From an uncultured bacterium (GTDB taxonomy: Bacteria; Patescibacteriota; Minisyncoccia; Moranbacterales; UBA2206), in assembly GCA_903937035.1 (NCBI GenBank), contig CAIZXS010000012.1, forward strand, positions 18,314-82,313: a DNA stretch of 64,000 nucleotides, written 5' to 3'. Made by a program: the position numbers and the translations under genes. Positions 40,110-49,438 of this stretch are shown here, in pieces; positions within the stretch are counted from its first letter, which is position 1; each line of letters starts with the position of its first letter. The notes under the pieces are model-generated. The model was not told where the DNA came from and searched no databases. It saw nothing but the letters and a program-made list of their open reading frames with translations.

Positions 40110-40138
40110 GTGCGCCGGACAGGAACTGAGCTTTAATT

Positions 40139-40250
40139 TTAAAAGCCTAATATCAAATTTCCAATCAAATCCAAAATTCAAAGTCCAAAGCATTTTTGAC
40201 ATTTGGATTTCGAGTTTTGCTTGACATTGGAAATTTGAGCTTTGAAGTTA
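40139..40250. repeat. Low-complexity CAAAT/ATTTG two-armed element
   Basis: Left arm aligns without gaps to the insert in uvrA at 3511-3562; right half is TTTG-rich and roughly complementary. Confidence 0.7.
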
Positions 40251-40262
40251 TTCATTTCTACG

Positions 40263-40336
40263 TGCGCCCTGAGGGACTCGAACCCCCGACCCTCTGGTCC
40301 GAAGCCAGATGCTCTAATCCGCTGAGCTAAGGGCGC
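40263..40336 (-). tRNA. tRNA-Arg(TCG)
   Basis: Cloverleaf; anticodon arm tctgg-cttcgga-ccaga; GTTCGA. Confidence 0.95.
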
Positions 40337-40375
40337 ATAGACACTTTCTTATTTCGTTTCTAAAATTTTCAGGGG

Positions 40376-40447
40376 GGTGGCTAGAGAGAATCGAACTCTC
40401 GACGCAGGTACCACAAACCCGAGTTTTACCACTAAACTATAGCCACC
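40376..40447 (-). tRNA. tRNA-His(GTG)
   Basis: Cloverleaf with G-1; cgggt-ttgtggt-acctg. Confidence 0.95.
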
Positions 40448-40472
40448 ACTCTGAAAACTTTAATTTTTCCTG

Positions 40473-40545
40473 TGCCCTCACCAAGATTCGAACTTGGGAC
40501 CATCTCCTTAAGAGGGAGCTGCTCTACCAACTGAGCTATAAGGGC
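40473..40545 (-). tRNA. tRNA-Lys(CTT)
   Basis: Cloverleaf; ctcc-ctcttaa-ggag. Confidence 0.93.
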
Positions 40546-40550
40546 GAAAC

Positions 40551-40638
40551 CATGAAACATGTAGCATAAAACATGTAACAGGATAAATTATACATCAAAT
40601 CATGCTTTTGTTACATGCTGCATGTTTTATGTTTCATG
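40551..40638. repeat. AAACATG heptamer-based inverted-repeat element
   Basis: catgaaacatgtagcataaaacatgtaaca ... tgttacatgctgcatgttttatgtttcatg. Confidence 0.8.
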
Positions 40639-40644
40639 AGAAAG

Positions 40645-40717
40645 TGCGCCGGGCAGGAATCGAACCTGCGACCAATAGCTTAGAAGGCTACTGCTCTATC
40701 CACTGAGCTACCGGCGC
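40645..40717 (-). tRNA. tRNA-Arg(TCT)
   Basis: Cloverleaf; tagc-cttctaa-gcta. Confidence 0.95.
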
Positions 40718-40824
40718 AGATAACACTGAGAACTATTCGAGATAAAAAATTGCCCATTGGCAATGGTATTAGCTTATCAAAGATAGGCAACTAAGTCAAT
40801 CCTTGGATAATTATACCGTATAGC

Positions 40825-42132
40825 TTAATTTATCCCATGCTCTTTTTTGTAGACTTTCCATTCCCGGTCAGACCAATTTTTTGGTTTTTTAGTGAGTAGG
40901 CCAGAGGTTTCTCCTGGATGGGGAAACTTAGATGGTGATTCGTAGTTGCTCTTGAAAACATCTTCGCGGATCAAGTTGCCATCTTTGTCATTGATTTGTT
41001 GTGTGAAGGTGGTCTTCATTGAGCCATCCGGATTTTTTTCTAAGATTGTTGGACCAATGACGGTCGTTTTTCTTCCATCAGAGGTGCCATAAAACTGAAA
41101 GGTTAATTCTGTGCCGACAATTTTCGTCTGAATTAGGATGTAATTAGGCGTGTCATTTTTAAAGCGCAGATCTGGTTTGGGGATATAGACGGTTGAATCC
41201 ATCCCTTGAGGATTGTAATACCCTACAGGATAGGCGTGGTTCCTCCTCGCAGTGATTTCTAGTCCGGAGTAAATTGCCGCGCGAAAAGCGGTTGTTGAAA
41301 CTTGGCAGATTCCTCCGCCGAATTCTGGTTCAGTTTTATCATGCTTGATAACTAGTTCTGGTAGATAGCCATGTTCACCGTCAACTTCACCTAAGACTTT
41401 CACAAATGAAAATTCCTCTCCGGGTTTAATAAGAAGACCGTTGAAGCGATCGGTGGCAACGTTGATATTGAAAATTCGATTTTTTGGTGAGCCTCTGAAG
41501 TTCGAACGACCTTCACCAATCAGCGTGTCTATTCCCATATTATCGACCGAATCAATAGCGACAATAGGGTTGATATCCTGGTATGGCAGGTCTATCTTAG
41601 TATTAGTTGATTTGTTTTTTAAGGCAGCTAATATCAATTCAAGACTTTTTGTCTTATCAAGTTTGAAGCCTTTTTCGCTCAATAAGAAAAGTGAAACCTT
41701 TCCTTCTTCAACTTTAAATTTAGAATCAGCTGGCTCTTTATTCATTTTGGTGGCAAGGCTAGTAATGGATTTCCTTATCATTTCCATATCCAACGTCACA
41801 AAGATGTTTTGCTTAAAGCCACTTTCCTTGCGATAGCTGAAGTCTATCTTACAAAGAAGCGATTTTTTATATGCACAAAAGTTGCCATTTTCTATCTCAG
41901 CTTTATAGCTTTTTGTGTAGCTGAGTGAGGGCTTGATTTTGAGCCAGTTAGCTATCTCTGACGCTGGAATAGAGATGTCTTGGTCTTTTACTTTTAGGAC
42001 TAAATCAGTTTCAAAATTCGCGCTAAATTCTTGTATCGTTAAAAAACCCAAATCAGCCCCTTCGGCCAAACAGCTAGGCGAGAGGAAAAATAGGAAAAAT
42101 AAAAAAACAGCGAAATAATAGATGAGTTTCAT
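40825..42132 (-). CDS. VanW-family exported protein
   Basis: Signal peptide, PGEEFSF, GGGICQVSTT, DLRFKNDT. Confidence 0.92.
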   Translation of the reverse strand: MKLIYYFAVFLFFLFFLSPSCLAEGADLGFLTIQEFSANFETDLVLKVKDQDISIPASEIANWLKIKPSLSYTKSYKAEIENGNFCAYKKSLLCKIDFSYRKESGFKQNIFVTLDMEMIRKSITSLATKMNKEPADSKFKVEEGKVSLFLLSEKGFKLDKTKSLELILAALKNKSTNTKIDLPYQDINPIVAIDSVDNMGIDTLIGEGRSNFRGSPKNRIFNINVATDRFNGLLIKPGEEFSFVKVLGEVDGEHGYLPELVIKHDKTEPEFGGGICQVSTTAFRAAIYSGLEITARRNHAYPVGYYNPQGMDSTVYIPKPDLRFKNDTPNYILIQTKIVGTELTFQFYGTSDGRKTTVIGPTILEKNPDGSMKTTFTQQINDKDGNLIREDVFKSNYESPSKFPHPGETSGLLTKKPKNWSDREWKVYKKEHGIN

Positions 42133-42244
42133 ATTATTAAGAATACATCAAGGATAAGCTAAAATCAAGGCGGATGCCCATGTCTATAAAAAACAAAACC
42201 TCGCAGTAATAGCGAGGTTAAAAAGACGTAGATATGTTGACTAA

Positions 42245-42793
42245 TTAGAATCCTCGAACTTGAATTTTTTTCGACTTATTGCTGTCAGCTTTGGGCATTC
42301 TTACTGTCAAAATTCCATTTTTCATGGAAGCCTCAATCTTGTCGGCAACAACATCAATTGGTAAAATTACAGAACGCGAAAACGAACCCCAATAGCACTC
42401 CTGGTAGTAGTAATTTTCTTCCATGACCTGCTCATCATTTTTTCTTTCTCCACGAATTGTGAGCATGTCGTTGTTGATGCTAACATCAAGATCTTCTGGT
42501 TTTACTCCTGCGATGGTTGATTTGATGACAATGTCATTATCTGTCTGGTAAACATCAATAGTTAATTGGCCTTCGTTATTTTCCAAATCATTAGGCTGAC
42601 TTTCTTCCCTTGCTTCTCTGGAAAAGTGACTGGGCGTTGAATGTGTTGCAATTTCTCTTTCCATTTCAATCTCCTCGTCTTCTCCATACATACTCACACT
42701 TGGTGAAATCGTTCGCTCGGAGATGTATGTATCTTCTTCTATCGTTCTTGCTCCAGTTAGTCTTTCGAGAAAAGATTTTTTTATTTTGGTCAT
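42245..42793 (-). CDS. Hsp20/alpha-crystallin small heat shock protein
   Basis: IDVYQTD, GVKPEDL, WGSFSRS, NGILTVRMPK; ATG at 42793. Confidence 0.93.
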   Translation of the reverse strand: MTKIKKSFLERLTGARTIEEDTYISERTISPSVSMYGEDEEIEMEREIATHSTPSHFSREAREESQPNDLENNEGQLTIDVYQTDNDIVIKSTIAGVKPEDLDVSINNDMLTIRGERKNDEQVMEENYYYQECYWGSFSRSVILPIDVVADKIEASMKNGILTVRMPKADSNKSKKIQVRGF

Positions 42794-42873
42794 AAGTTTC
42801 AAAAAATTATTTATTACTCTATGTTTAAATTATAGCTGACTATCAGTATTTGGCAAGTTAATTGTATATTCGT

Positions 42874-43320
42874 TTAATTCAGGCGTAAAATGAGAAGATT
42901 ATAGAGAAAATGCACTAAAATATTTAGACCAAGAAAGAAAATACTTAGGCTTATTTGGGTGGTAGTATTTTTTCGGAAAAATAATCCCAAAAGTGAAGCT
43001 GTGAGAATGTGAACGAGAAAAACTCCAATAATCGGAAATAGAAGGTTCTTCTCATAGGATAATTGTTTTAGAAATATGTCGATAGATGCAAAGCCCAGTC
43101 CGATAAGAAATGCTCCAGAAAGGATTTTTTCTTTCACTTTTAATTTTGCATAGTGATTGTAAATGAAGATGAATTTTATCGTCTCTTCAATTGTGGCAGT
43201 GAACAGAAGGAATATCAAAGAGGTTTCGGACAGGGTCAACCCAAAAATTGGTGGACTTAGCTCCAAAATTAATGCTCCAAGAGCGGCGATTATTCCTTCA
43301 AAGAAAGCTTGAATAGGCAT
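42874..43320 (-). CDS. PrsW-like intramembrane protease (short, divergent)
   Basis: TIEETIK, LVH, VHFLYN motifs; multiple TMs. Confidence 0.7.
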   Translation of the reverse strand: MPIQAFFEGIIAALGALILELSPPIFGLTLSETSLIFLLFTATIEETIKFIFIYNHYAKLKVKEKILSGAFLIGLGFASIDIFLKQLSYEKNLLFPIIGVFLVHILTASLLGLFFRKNTTTQISLSIFFLGLNILVHFLYNLLILRLN

Positions 43321-43396
43321 GGTTGGTTTTTGTTTTGAAAAATATTATTAAATTTATTCCTGACGAAAAACTTCCGAAAAAATATCTTACCCACTT

Positions 43397-43606
43397 TGTC
43401 ATTCCCGCACCCATTTCACGAGCATGAGTTCCGGCGGCCTGCCTGCCGGTAGACAGGGAATCCAGTTTCTGGTCTATATTAAAATACGAAATCGTTCTGG
43501 TTAGAATCTTTTGCTTATCAAGACGCGAAGATGGTTGTGCTTTATTGAGTTTTCCTACTAGATTCCCGCCGGAGTTTATGCTCGTGAAACGGGTGCGGGA
43601 ATGACA
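43397..43606. repeat. GTCATTCCCGC..GGAATCCAG paired palindromic element with a nested CCTGCCTGCCGGTAGACAGG insert
   Basis: Arms at 43398-43465 and 43558-43605 are near reverse complements. Confidence 0.85.
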
Positions 43607-43607
43607 C

Positions 43608-44660
43608 TTATAATTTCAAACTCGCGCTTGTCTCCATATTTTTCCAAGTATCCTCCATGCCTTTTTTATTTTTTAAATTTTTCCAGCGATAATATCCTGC
43701 TATGGCAATCATAGCGGAATTGTCCATGCTGTAAGTTAGCTCTGGTATGAGACAGGTTGTATTTTTCAAGTTTTCTTTTACGCTTAGTTCTAGTTTTTTT
43801 CGCAAAGCCATATTTGCGCTAACCCCGCCGGCCAAGAGAATCGTTTTTGGCGTATGTTTTTTGGCGGCGCGAATAGTTTTGGCAATCAAAACATCTGTGA
43901 CGGCAGTCTGAAATTCTTGGCACATTTCAGATATATAGTTATGATCCTTTAGATTTTCTGGATTTTTTTTTGTGGCATAAAGTACGGCAGTCTTTAGGCC
44001 AGAAAAAGAAAAGTTAAAATTAGCAGACTTGAGCATCGGACGGGGGAGTGTGATTTGGAATTTTTTCTCTCCAGAAAATGCATCTGCAAATTTCGCCACG
44101 GCCGGACCACCAGGATAGCCCAAACTCAAAATGCGCGCGACCTTATCAAACGCTTCGCCAACTGCATCATCGACTGTTTCTCCGATAATTTCATAGCTCA
44201 GATGTTTTTGCATTAAAATTAGTTGAGTGTGGCCGCCGGAAACAATCAGACCAAGGATGGGAAATTTTAGCTTATCGATTTTGTTAGAAATAAAGTTGGC
44301 GTAAATATGACCCTCGATGTGATGGATTCCGATGAGTGGTACGCGCCAGAGATAGGACAATGTTTTTGCGGTGGTCGTGCCGACAAGTAGCGCAGGAATA
44401 AGTCCTGGCCCATTTGTGACAGCAATTAAATCTAAATTTTCTGGTTTTTTCCCAGCTTTTTTGAGCGCAGTTTCAATGACGGGTAGGATATTCTTTAAAT
44501 GTTCTCTGGCTGCTAGATTTGGCACAACACCACCCCACTTGGCATGGAGCGTAATTTGAGAGGAGACGATATTGGAAAGTACCATGACTTGGTCATTTTC
44601 CACCTCCAAAACGGAAGCCGCCGTTTCATCGCAAGATGTTTCTAATCCTAAAATTAGCAT
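43608..44660 (-). CDS. tsaD: tRNA N6-adenosine threonylcarbamoyltransferase
   Basis: LGLETSCDET, HHIEGH, SGGHT, GEAFDK, FSFSGLKT. Confidence 0.98.
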   Translation of the reverse strand: MLILGLETSCDETAASVLEVENDQVMVLSNIVSSQITLHAKWGGVVPNLAAREHLKNILPVIETALKKAGKKPENLDLIAVTNGPGLIPALLVGTTTAKTLSYLWRVPLIGIHHIEGHIYANFISNKIDKLKFPILGLIVSGGHTQLILMQKHLSYEIIGETVDDAVGEAFDKVARILSLGYPGGPAVAKFADAFSGEKKFQITLPRPMLKSANFNFSFSGLKTAVLYATKKNPENLKDHNYISEMCQEFQTAVTDVLIAKTIRAAKKHTPKTILLAGGVSANMALRKKLELSVKENLKNTTCLIPELTYSMDNSAMIAIAGYYRWKNLKNKKGMEDTWKNMETSASLKL

Positions 44661-44827
44661 AAGATTTCACAGTTTATCCTTTTATCTTAGTTGAAATAGG
44701 GGATAATTGCAATTTTTATTGACTTTCCAGGAGGAATCGAGTAAACTATTAAGTCAAATAGCTCATTGTCAATCAATCTTGAATCATAAAAATGATTCGA
44801 AAACATATAGAAAGGAGAAAATCAGTT

Positions 44828-45634
44828 ATGGAGAAATTAATCTTAACCTTGTTGATGATTATTATTGTAGTCTCAATTGCGGAGACTACCTTTTCTGGAG
44901 ATATTAATCCGCATATAAGAATGGCCTGTGAATGGCGTCAAAGCGTTATCGACATTGCAACGGAATTGGGAAGTCAGGAGGTAAATGAGCTTATTAGTCA
45001 GGTCGAGGAAAGGCTTATAGTAGGGAAAGCTCTTATTGGGGTAATTGAGCTTATGGAGCAAAAAAATGCCTCAGATTGGGTTCTTATTATTCCAATATTG
45101 GAGGAAAAAGAATTGTGGGAAAATTGGAAAAATCTTTTCCTATTTTCTCCAGTTCAATTTGTGTCCGTTACTCGTTCTATAATGATCGATGGGAGCGCAA
45201 ATTTCAGCCATATAGGAATGGCGCTGACTACCCTTCGGGAATATTATCGGGCAGCTCATTCTAGTGAGGAAGGATGTGAATGGCGTGCTCAGGCTTTTTT
45301 GAATAAGTGTATGTCTTTCCTCGGAGGGAAGGCTTACAATAAATTGGTGTATGCCCAGGCCAGAAGAATGACTAACGAGATAGCGAGGCAGAGTTATTGC
45401 GATCTAGGCTATTTTATTCCAAAGCCGGTTAAGCATGGTAAAAAATTAGAGAGGATTTTTGGAAAACCATTCTCCAAAGAAGAGGACTATTTTTTCCAGA
45501 TGAATCTTTGGATCCATGCTCTATTTATTATGATTGATAGCGATCCAGAAGTCGGAGATGCGAGTGACCAAAAATCCAAGCTCATAGAAATTCTCAAATA
45601 CTATGAGCGCGGAGGTTCGGTTGGTTGGCATTAG
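44828..45634 (+). CDS. Hypothetical exported protein
   Basis: GAAAGGAG SD, signal-peptide-like N-terminus, TTGACT-17-TAAACT promoter at about 44719. Confidence 0.65.
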   Translation: MEKLILTLLMIIIVVSIAETTFSGDINPHIRMACEWRQSVIDIATELGSQEVNELISQVEERLIVGKALIGVIELMEQKNASDWVLIIPILEEKELWENWKNLFLFSPVQFVSVTRSIMIDGSANFSHIGMALTTLREYYRAAHSSEEGCEWRAQAFLNKCMSFLGGKAYNKLVYAQARRMTNEIARQSYCDLGYFIPKPVKHGKKLERIFGKPFSKEEDYFFQMNLWIHALFIMIDSDPEVGDASDQKSKLIEILKYYERGGSVGWH

Positions 45635-45660
45635 TTGTTCTTTTTTATATGTATTTTCAT

Positions 45661-45708
45661 AAACACTTTGGGTGGCTGTATATTTTTACAGCCATTCCAA
45701 GGTGTTTT
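45661..45708 (+). terminator. Long hairpin terminator
   Basis: aaacactttgggtggctgta...tacagccattccaaggtgttt plus T-run. Confidence 0.65.
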
Positions 45709-45846
45709 TTGTTTGTTGCCTAAGTACTGGATTTATTTTTTAGGATGTGCTATTATCTTTTCTAGGTAAATAAATTGGAAAAAGCAGGTATGCTTTGTTT
45801 TGATTTTGGCCCCATCGTCTATCGGTTAGGACATCAGGTTTTTTTA

Positions 45847-45958
45847 CCCCACACCAATTTTAATGGCCCCATCGTCTATCGGTTAGGACATCAGGTTTTC
45901 ATCCTGAAAAGAGGGGTCCGACTCCCCTTGGGGCTACAGGCCCAAAATTGGTGTGGGG
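45847..45958. mobile_element. IR-bounded insert carrying a whole tRNA-Glu
   Basis: Perfect 15-bp IR ccccacaccaatttt (45847-45861) / aaaattggtgtgggg (45944-45958). Confidence 0.7.
45865..45936 (+). tRNA. tRNA-Glu(TTC), inner nested copy
   Basis: Cloverleaf; tcagg-ttttcat-cctga; T-loop variant GTCCGA. Confidence 0.88.
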
Positions 45959-46000
45959 CAAGTCCTGAAAAGAGGGGTTCGACTCCCCTTGGGGCTACAT

Positions 46001-46606
46001 ATGGAACAGCTTGGTCAAAACATCTTTCAATTTTTGCATCAGTATGGCTATTGGTTGATGGTACCACTGATGATTATTGAGGGTCCGGTGGTAACAGTAA
46101 TTGCCGCGATGCTGGCATCCCTTGGCGCTTTTAATGTTTTTTTAGTTTTACTTTTTTCAATTCTCGGAGACATTATTGGAGATATCGCGCTCTATGGTTT
46201 GGGCTATCGATTTGGCATGGGGTTTGTCCGGCATGTTGGGAAGTATATGGGCATCACGGAGAAACTGGTATTGCGGATGCAGAAATATTTCAAAAAGCAT
46301 GGAGGAAAAACAATTTTTGCCGTTAAATCGACAACGGGACTTTGTTGGGCTACTTTCACGGCCGCCGGAATCGTCAAAATGGATTTCAAAAAATTTCTGA
46401 AAAATTCTTTCTATGGTGGTATTGTTTGGAGTGGATTTTTGGTTGCAATGGGTTATTTTTATGGCTACCTTTGGCGCGAAATAAAACAATACATCCAGTG
46501 GATTGGCTGGGCAATTTTTGCTGTGGCAGCTGCCTCTATCGTCGTAGTTACGCTTTATAAGAATCTCCAGGCAAAGAAGCTTCTACGGGAAGGACATGAA
46601 AAATAA
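46001..46606 (+). CDS. DedA-family membrane protein
   Basis: IIEGP, GDIIGDIALYGLG, AAGIVKM; ATG at 46001. Confidence 0.9.
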   Translation: MEQLGQNIFQFLHQYGYWLMVPLMIIEGPVVTVIAAMLASLGAFNVFLVLLFSILGDIIGDIALYGLGYRFGMGFVRHVGKYMGITEKLVLRMQKYFKKHGGKTIFAVKSTTGLCWATFTAAGIVKMDFKKFLKNSFYGGIVWSGFLVAMGYFYGYLWREIKQYIQWIGWAIFAVAAASIVVVTLYKNLQAKKLLREGHEK

Positions 46607-46698
46607 GCCCTTTTGTTTTCATAGGTCATCAAGCAAAATCTTGCTTGGCTTTTTGTGCTTGGTTGGCTAAATTAGATAAAGGTAGTAGGATATTAAGT

Positions 46699-47520
46699 AT
46701 GGTCAAGCGATTGTATGAAAAAGTGAAATCAGTCATTTTTGCTGATCCGAAGTTACTCTACAAAGAAGAGATTGCCTTCACTAATAAGCCCTTCTACTTT
46801 GCTGGTGTTAATAATCGGGCGGTTTTGCTTGTGCATGGCTGGACCTCAACTTCCTATGAAGTTCGTCGCCTTGGTCGTTATCTCAATGAGAGTGGTTATA
46901 CCGTTTCTGCACCGATGCTTCGCGGACACGGAACAGTGCCAAAAAGCTTGGAAGATGTTAGCTTTTTGGATTGGCTATCGGACCTGGAAGGGGAATGTCA
47001 AGCGCTTAAAAAAGAGCATACGCAGGTCTATATTGCTGGTACTTCAATTGGCGCTAACTTGGCAATGATGTTGGCCAAGAAAGACCAGTCTATTTCCGGA
47101 TTAGTTTTGATGGCCACGCCATACAAAATTAAGTTAGAAAAAATTACAGTGGGGTTCGCCAAATTGCTAGGTTTTTTCAAGGCATATAATAAGAAATTCT
47201 ATCCACCAACCTTTGGACTTTCTTCCACGATTACGCGTTTGATTTCCTATCAAACCTATCCAATCAAGAGCGCCTTGGAAACATTTGAGCTGATAAGGGA
47301 ATCACGCAAAAACTTGGAAAAAATTATTCAGCCGTGTTTTATTATTCAATCACAGAGCGATCATGTTGTGGCGAAAAAAAGCTTGGAGAGGATTTTTGAA
47401 AAAATCGGTTCGAAAATTAAGAAAAAAAAATACATTAAACGAGCCTATCATACTTTCATATCAGATATTAAAAATGAAAAGATCTTTGAGGAGATTTTGC
47501 AATTTTTAGATGAAAACTAG
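46699..47520 (+). CDS. Alpha/beta-hydrolase carboxylesterase
   Basis: LVHGW, LRGHG, GTSIG nucleophile elbow, Asp and His. Confidence 0.92.
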   Translation: MVKRLYEKVKSVIFADPKLLYKEEIAFTNKPFYFAGVNNRAVLLVHGWTSTSYEVRRLGRYLNESGYTVSAPMLRGHGTVPKSLEDVSFLDWLSDLEGECQALKKEHTQVYIAGTSIGANLAMMLAKKDQSISGLVLMATPYKIKLEKITVGFAKLLGFFKAYNKKFYPPTFGLSSTITRLISYQTYPIKSALETFELIRESRKNLEKIIQPCFIIQSQSDHVVAKKSLERIFEKIGSKIKKKKYIKRAYHTFISDIKNEKIFEEILQFLDEN

Positions 47521-47525
47521 GAGTT

Positions 47526-48707
47526 ATGAATATTGCCATCTTCACTAACAACTATTTGCCTAACCCCTACGGCGTGACCGTTTCCGTGGAAACATTTCGC
47601 GCGGAATTGGAAAAGCGGGGACACACTGTCTATATTTTTGCACCCAAATGGAAGGGGTATCTAGATGAAAATCCGAACGTTTTTCGCTATCCTTCAATTG
47701 ATATTGAATTTAAGTTTCGTTTTCCGTTGCCCTTGCCTTTTTCTTGGCGGATGCACAAGGTTCTAAAAAAGCTCAAGATTGACATTGTCCATGCTCAGCA
47801 TCCCAATCTTCTGGGAGCAGTCGCCAGAAATTGGGCGAAAAAAAAGAAGATTCCCTTGGTGTTCACTTGGCACACGCTTTACGATCAATATACTAATTTC
47901 ATCCCACTGGTACCCAAAAAATGGGCAGCGAATTATATTATCAAAAAAGCGACGGACTATGCCAATGGTGCGAATGCGGTCATTGCTCCAACGGCTTCGA
48001 TTATTCCAATCCTCCGAAAGTGGGGAGTAAAAAAAGAAATTATCCCGATTGCCACTGGAATCAAGGCGGGGGAATTTGAAAATACTGATCGAGAAATTGT
48101 GAGAAAAAAGCTTAATATCGCCAAGGATGAGATTGTGCTTTTTCTGGTTTCCCGATTAACGGGAGAAAAAAATATCGAATTTGTTTTTCGCGCCCTGAGA
48201 AATATTCTAGCGGACAGTCCGCTGGAAAGCGGACTGTCCGCGCGAAAAGTGAAATTTTTGGTAGCAGGGGATGGCTATCTTTTGCCTGAGCTAAAAAAAT
48301 ATTGTGAAAAAGCGGAGATTTCTAACTCAGTGATTTTTGCGGGGCTTATTCCTCATGAAGAAGTGAAAAATTATTTTGCGGCAACGGATATTTTTGTCTA
48401 TGGTTCACAATCAGAAACTCAAGGCATTATCCCGCTTGAAGCGATGTATATGGGTCTCCCAATTGTAGCAGTCAATTCCACTGGAATCAGCAGTCTGATG
48501 CTCAATAAGGCCAATGGTTTTTTGGTGCGCGAAGATGAAAGAGAATTTTCTGATGCCGTTTTAAAACTAATTAATGACCCTGAACTGCGCAAGCGTTTTG
48601 GGGAAGCATCAGGAAAAATTGCGCGAGAGAATTTTACGAGCGAGGTTTGTACGGATAAATTATTGAAAGTGTATGATGAGGCGATCAATAATAAAAATGG
48701 CAAATAA
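47526..48707 (+). CDS. GT4 glycosyltransferase (diacylglycerol glucosyltransferase-like)
   Basis: FTNNYLP..GV, FTWHTLY, SETQGIIPLEAM. Confidence 0.93.
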   Translation: MNIAIFTNNYLPNPYGVTVSVETFRAELEKRGHTVYIFAPKWKGYLDENPNVFRYPSIDIEFKFRFPLPLPFSWRMHKVLKKLKIDIVHAQHPNLLGAVARNWAKKKKIPLVFTWHTLYDQYTNFIPLVPKKWAANYIIKKATDYANGANAVIAPTASIIPILRKWGVKKEIIPIATGIKAGEFENTDREIVRKKLNIAKDEIVLFLVSRLTGEKNIEFVFRALRNILADSPLESGLSARKVKFLVAGDGYLLPELKKYCEKAEISNSVIFAGLIPHEEVKNYFAATDIFVYGSQSETQGIIPLEAMYMGLPIVAVNSTGISSLMLNKANGFLVREDEREFSDAVLKLINDPELRKRFGEASGKIARENFTSEVCTDKLLKVYDEAINNKNGK

Positions 48708-48716
48708 CTAATGTGT

Positions 48717-48743
48717 GTCATTCCCGCGGAGGCGGGAATCCAG
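48717..48743. repeat. Solo GTCATTCCCGCGGAGGCGGGAATCCAG palindrome
   Basis: Near reverse complement of 5927-5953. Confidence 0.85.
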
Positions 48744-48800
48744 TGGATAAACTTAATGAAAAGTCATTGGTATAATATCTAGATAGTTAATTGAAAAAGC

Positions 48801-48952
48801 CTCTTCTCCCCTCGGGAGAAGGTGGCCGGAGGCCGGATGAGGGTGCTCACAGAAACAATAAAAAACTTTAATTTAGTTGGTGGTTTTCTATGTGTTGGTG
48901 AAAACCCTCACCTGTCCTTCGGACATCCTCTCCCGGAGGGCGAGGAGGATAT
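48801..48952 (-). repeat. Second copy of the 27209-27363 element, inverted
   Basis: Both arms match in reverse complement. Confidence 0.85.
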
Positions 48953-49041
48953 TTTGCAAGAATGAATAAAGCAAAACACCCTCGACATAATTCATGCCAA
49001 GGTGCGTGACCGTTCAATTTATAGGACGATAAACTTTTTGA

Positions 49042-49344
49042 CTATTTTTTTCTAAAAACAACCCAATATCCAGAAGGGTCGGAGTGCGCGGTTATCGGAA
49101 ATGCGGTTGCGAGGCAATAGCCCGCGTCCTCTTGTTGCTTAAGGAGGGTTGAAAACGTTTTTCCGAAATCATCTGACTTTGTTGTGTTGTATGGTGAATA
49201 GATATAAAATAAATCATTTCCATAATCAACAATGAAGCATCTTCCAGCTTCTGTTTTTGGTTGGTCGGTTATGTCAGCCATAGTTGGCGTAACAGGAACG
49301 AGTAGAATGATCGCCATTGCAAAAACTATTGCACACTTTTTCAT
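49042..49344 (-). CDS. Small secreted hypothetical protein
   Basis: Signal peptide, AAGGAG SD. Confidence 0.7.
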   Translation of the reverse strand: MKKCAIVFAMAIILLVPVTPTMADITDQPKTEAGRCFIVDYGNDLFYIYSPYNTTKSDDFGKTFSTLLKQQEDAGYCLATAFPITAHSDPSGYWVVFRKK

Positions 49345-49438
49345 TTTCGATTCTCCTTTTCTGGATTGTTAAGAAATATTTATTTGCGAGTCTTTGCTCG
49401 ATAATCGACAGTAGCGCAAAAAGCATAAAAAGTCAAGC

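Larger units (their letters stand above)
45808..45997 (+). pseudogene. Outer tRNA-Glu interrupted in the anticodon loop (5' half 45808-45842, 3' half 45963-45997)
   Basis: Both halves match the inner tRNA-Glu; the outer T-loop is canonical GTTCGA. Confidence 0.85.

Noticed and set aside
39939-40202. 87-aa minus-strand ORF
   Set aside because: Runs through the low-complexity repeat, the terminator and the antisense of a real gene
45775-46080. 101-aa ORF with duplicated peptide, and the extended dedA start at 45953
   Set aside because: Translation of the nested tRNA-Glu sequences; dedA more plausibly starts at 46001
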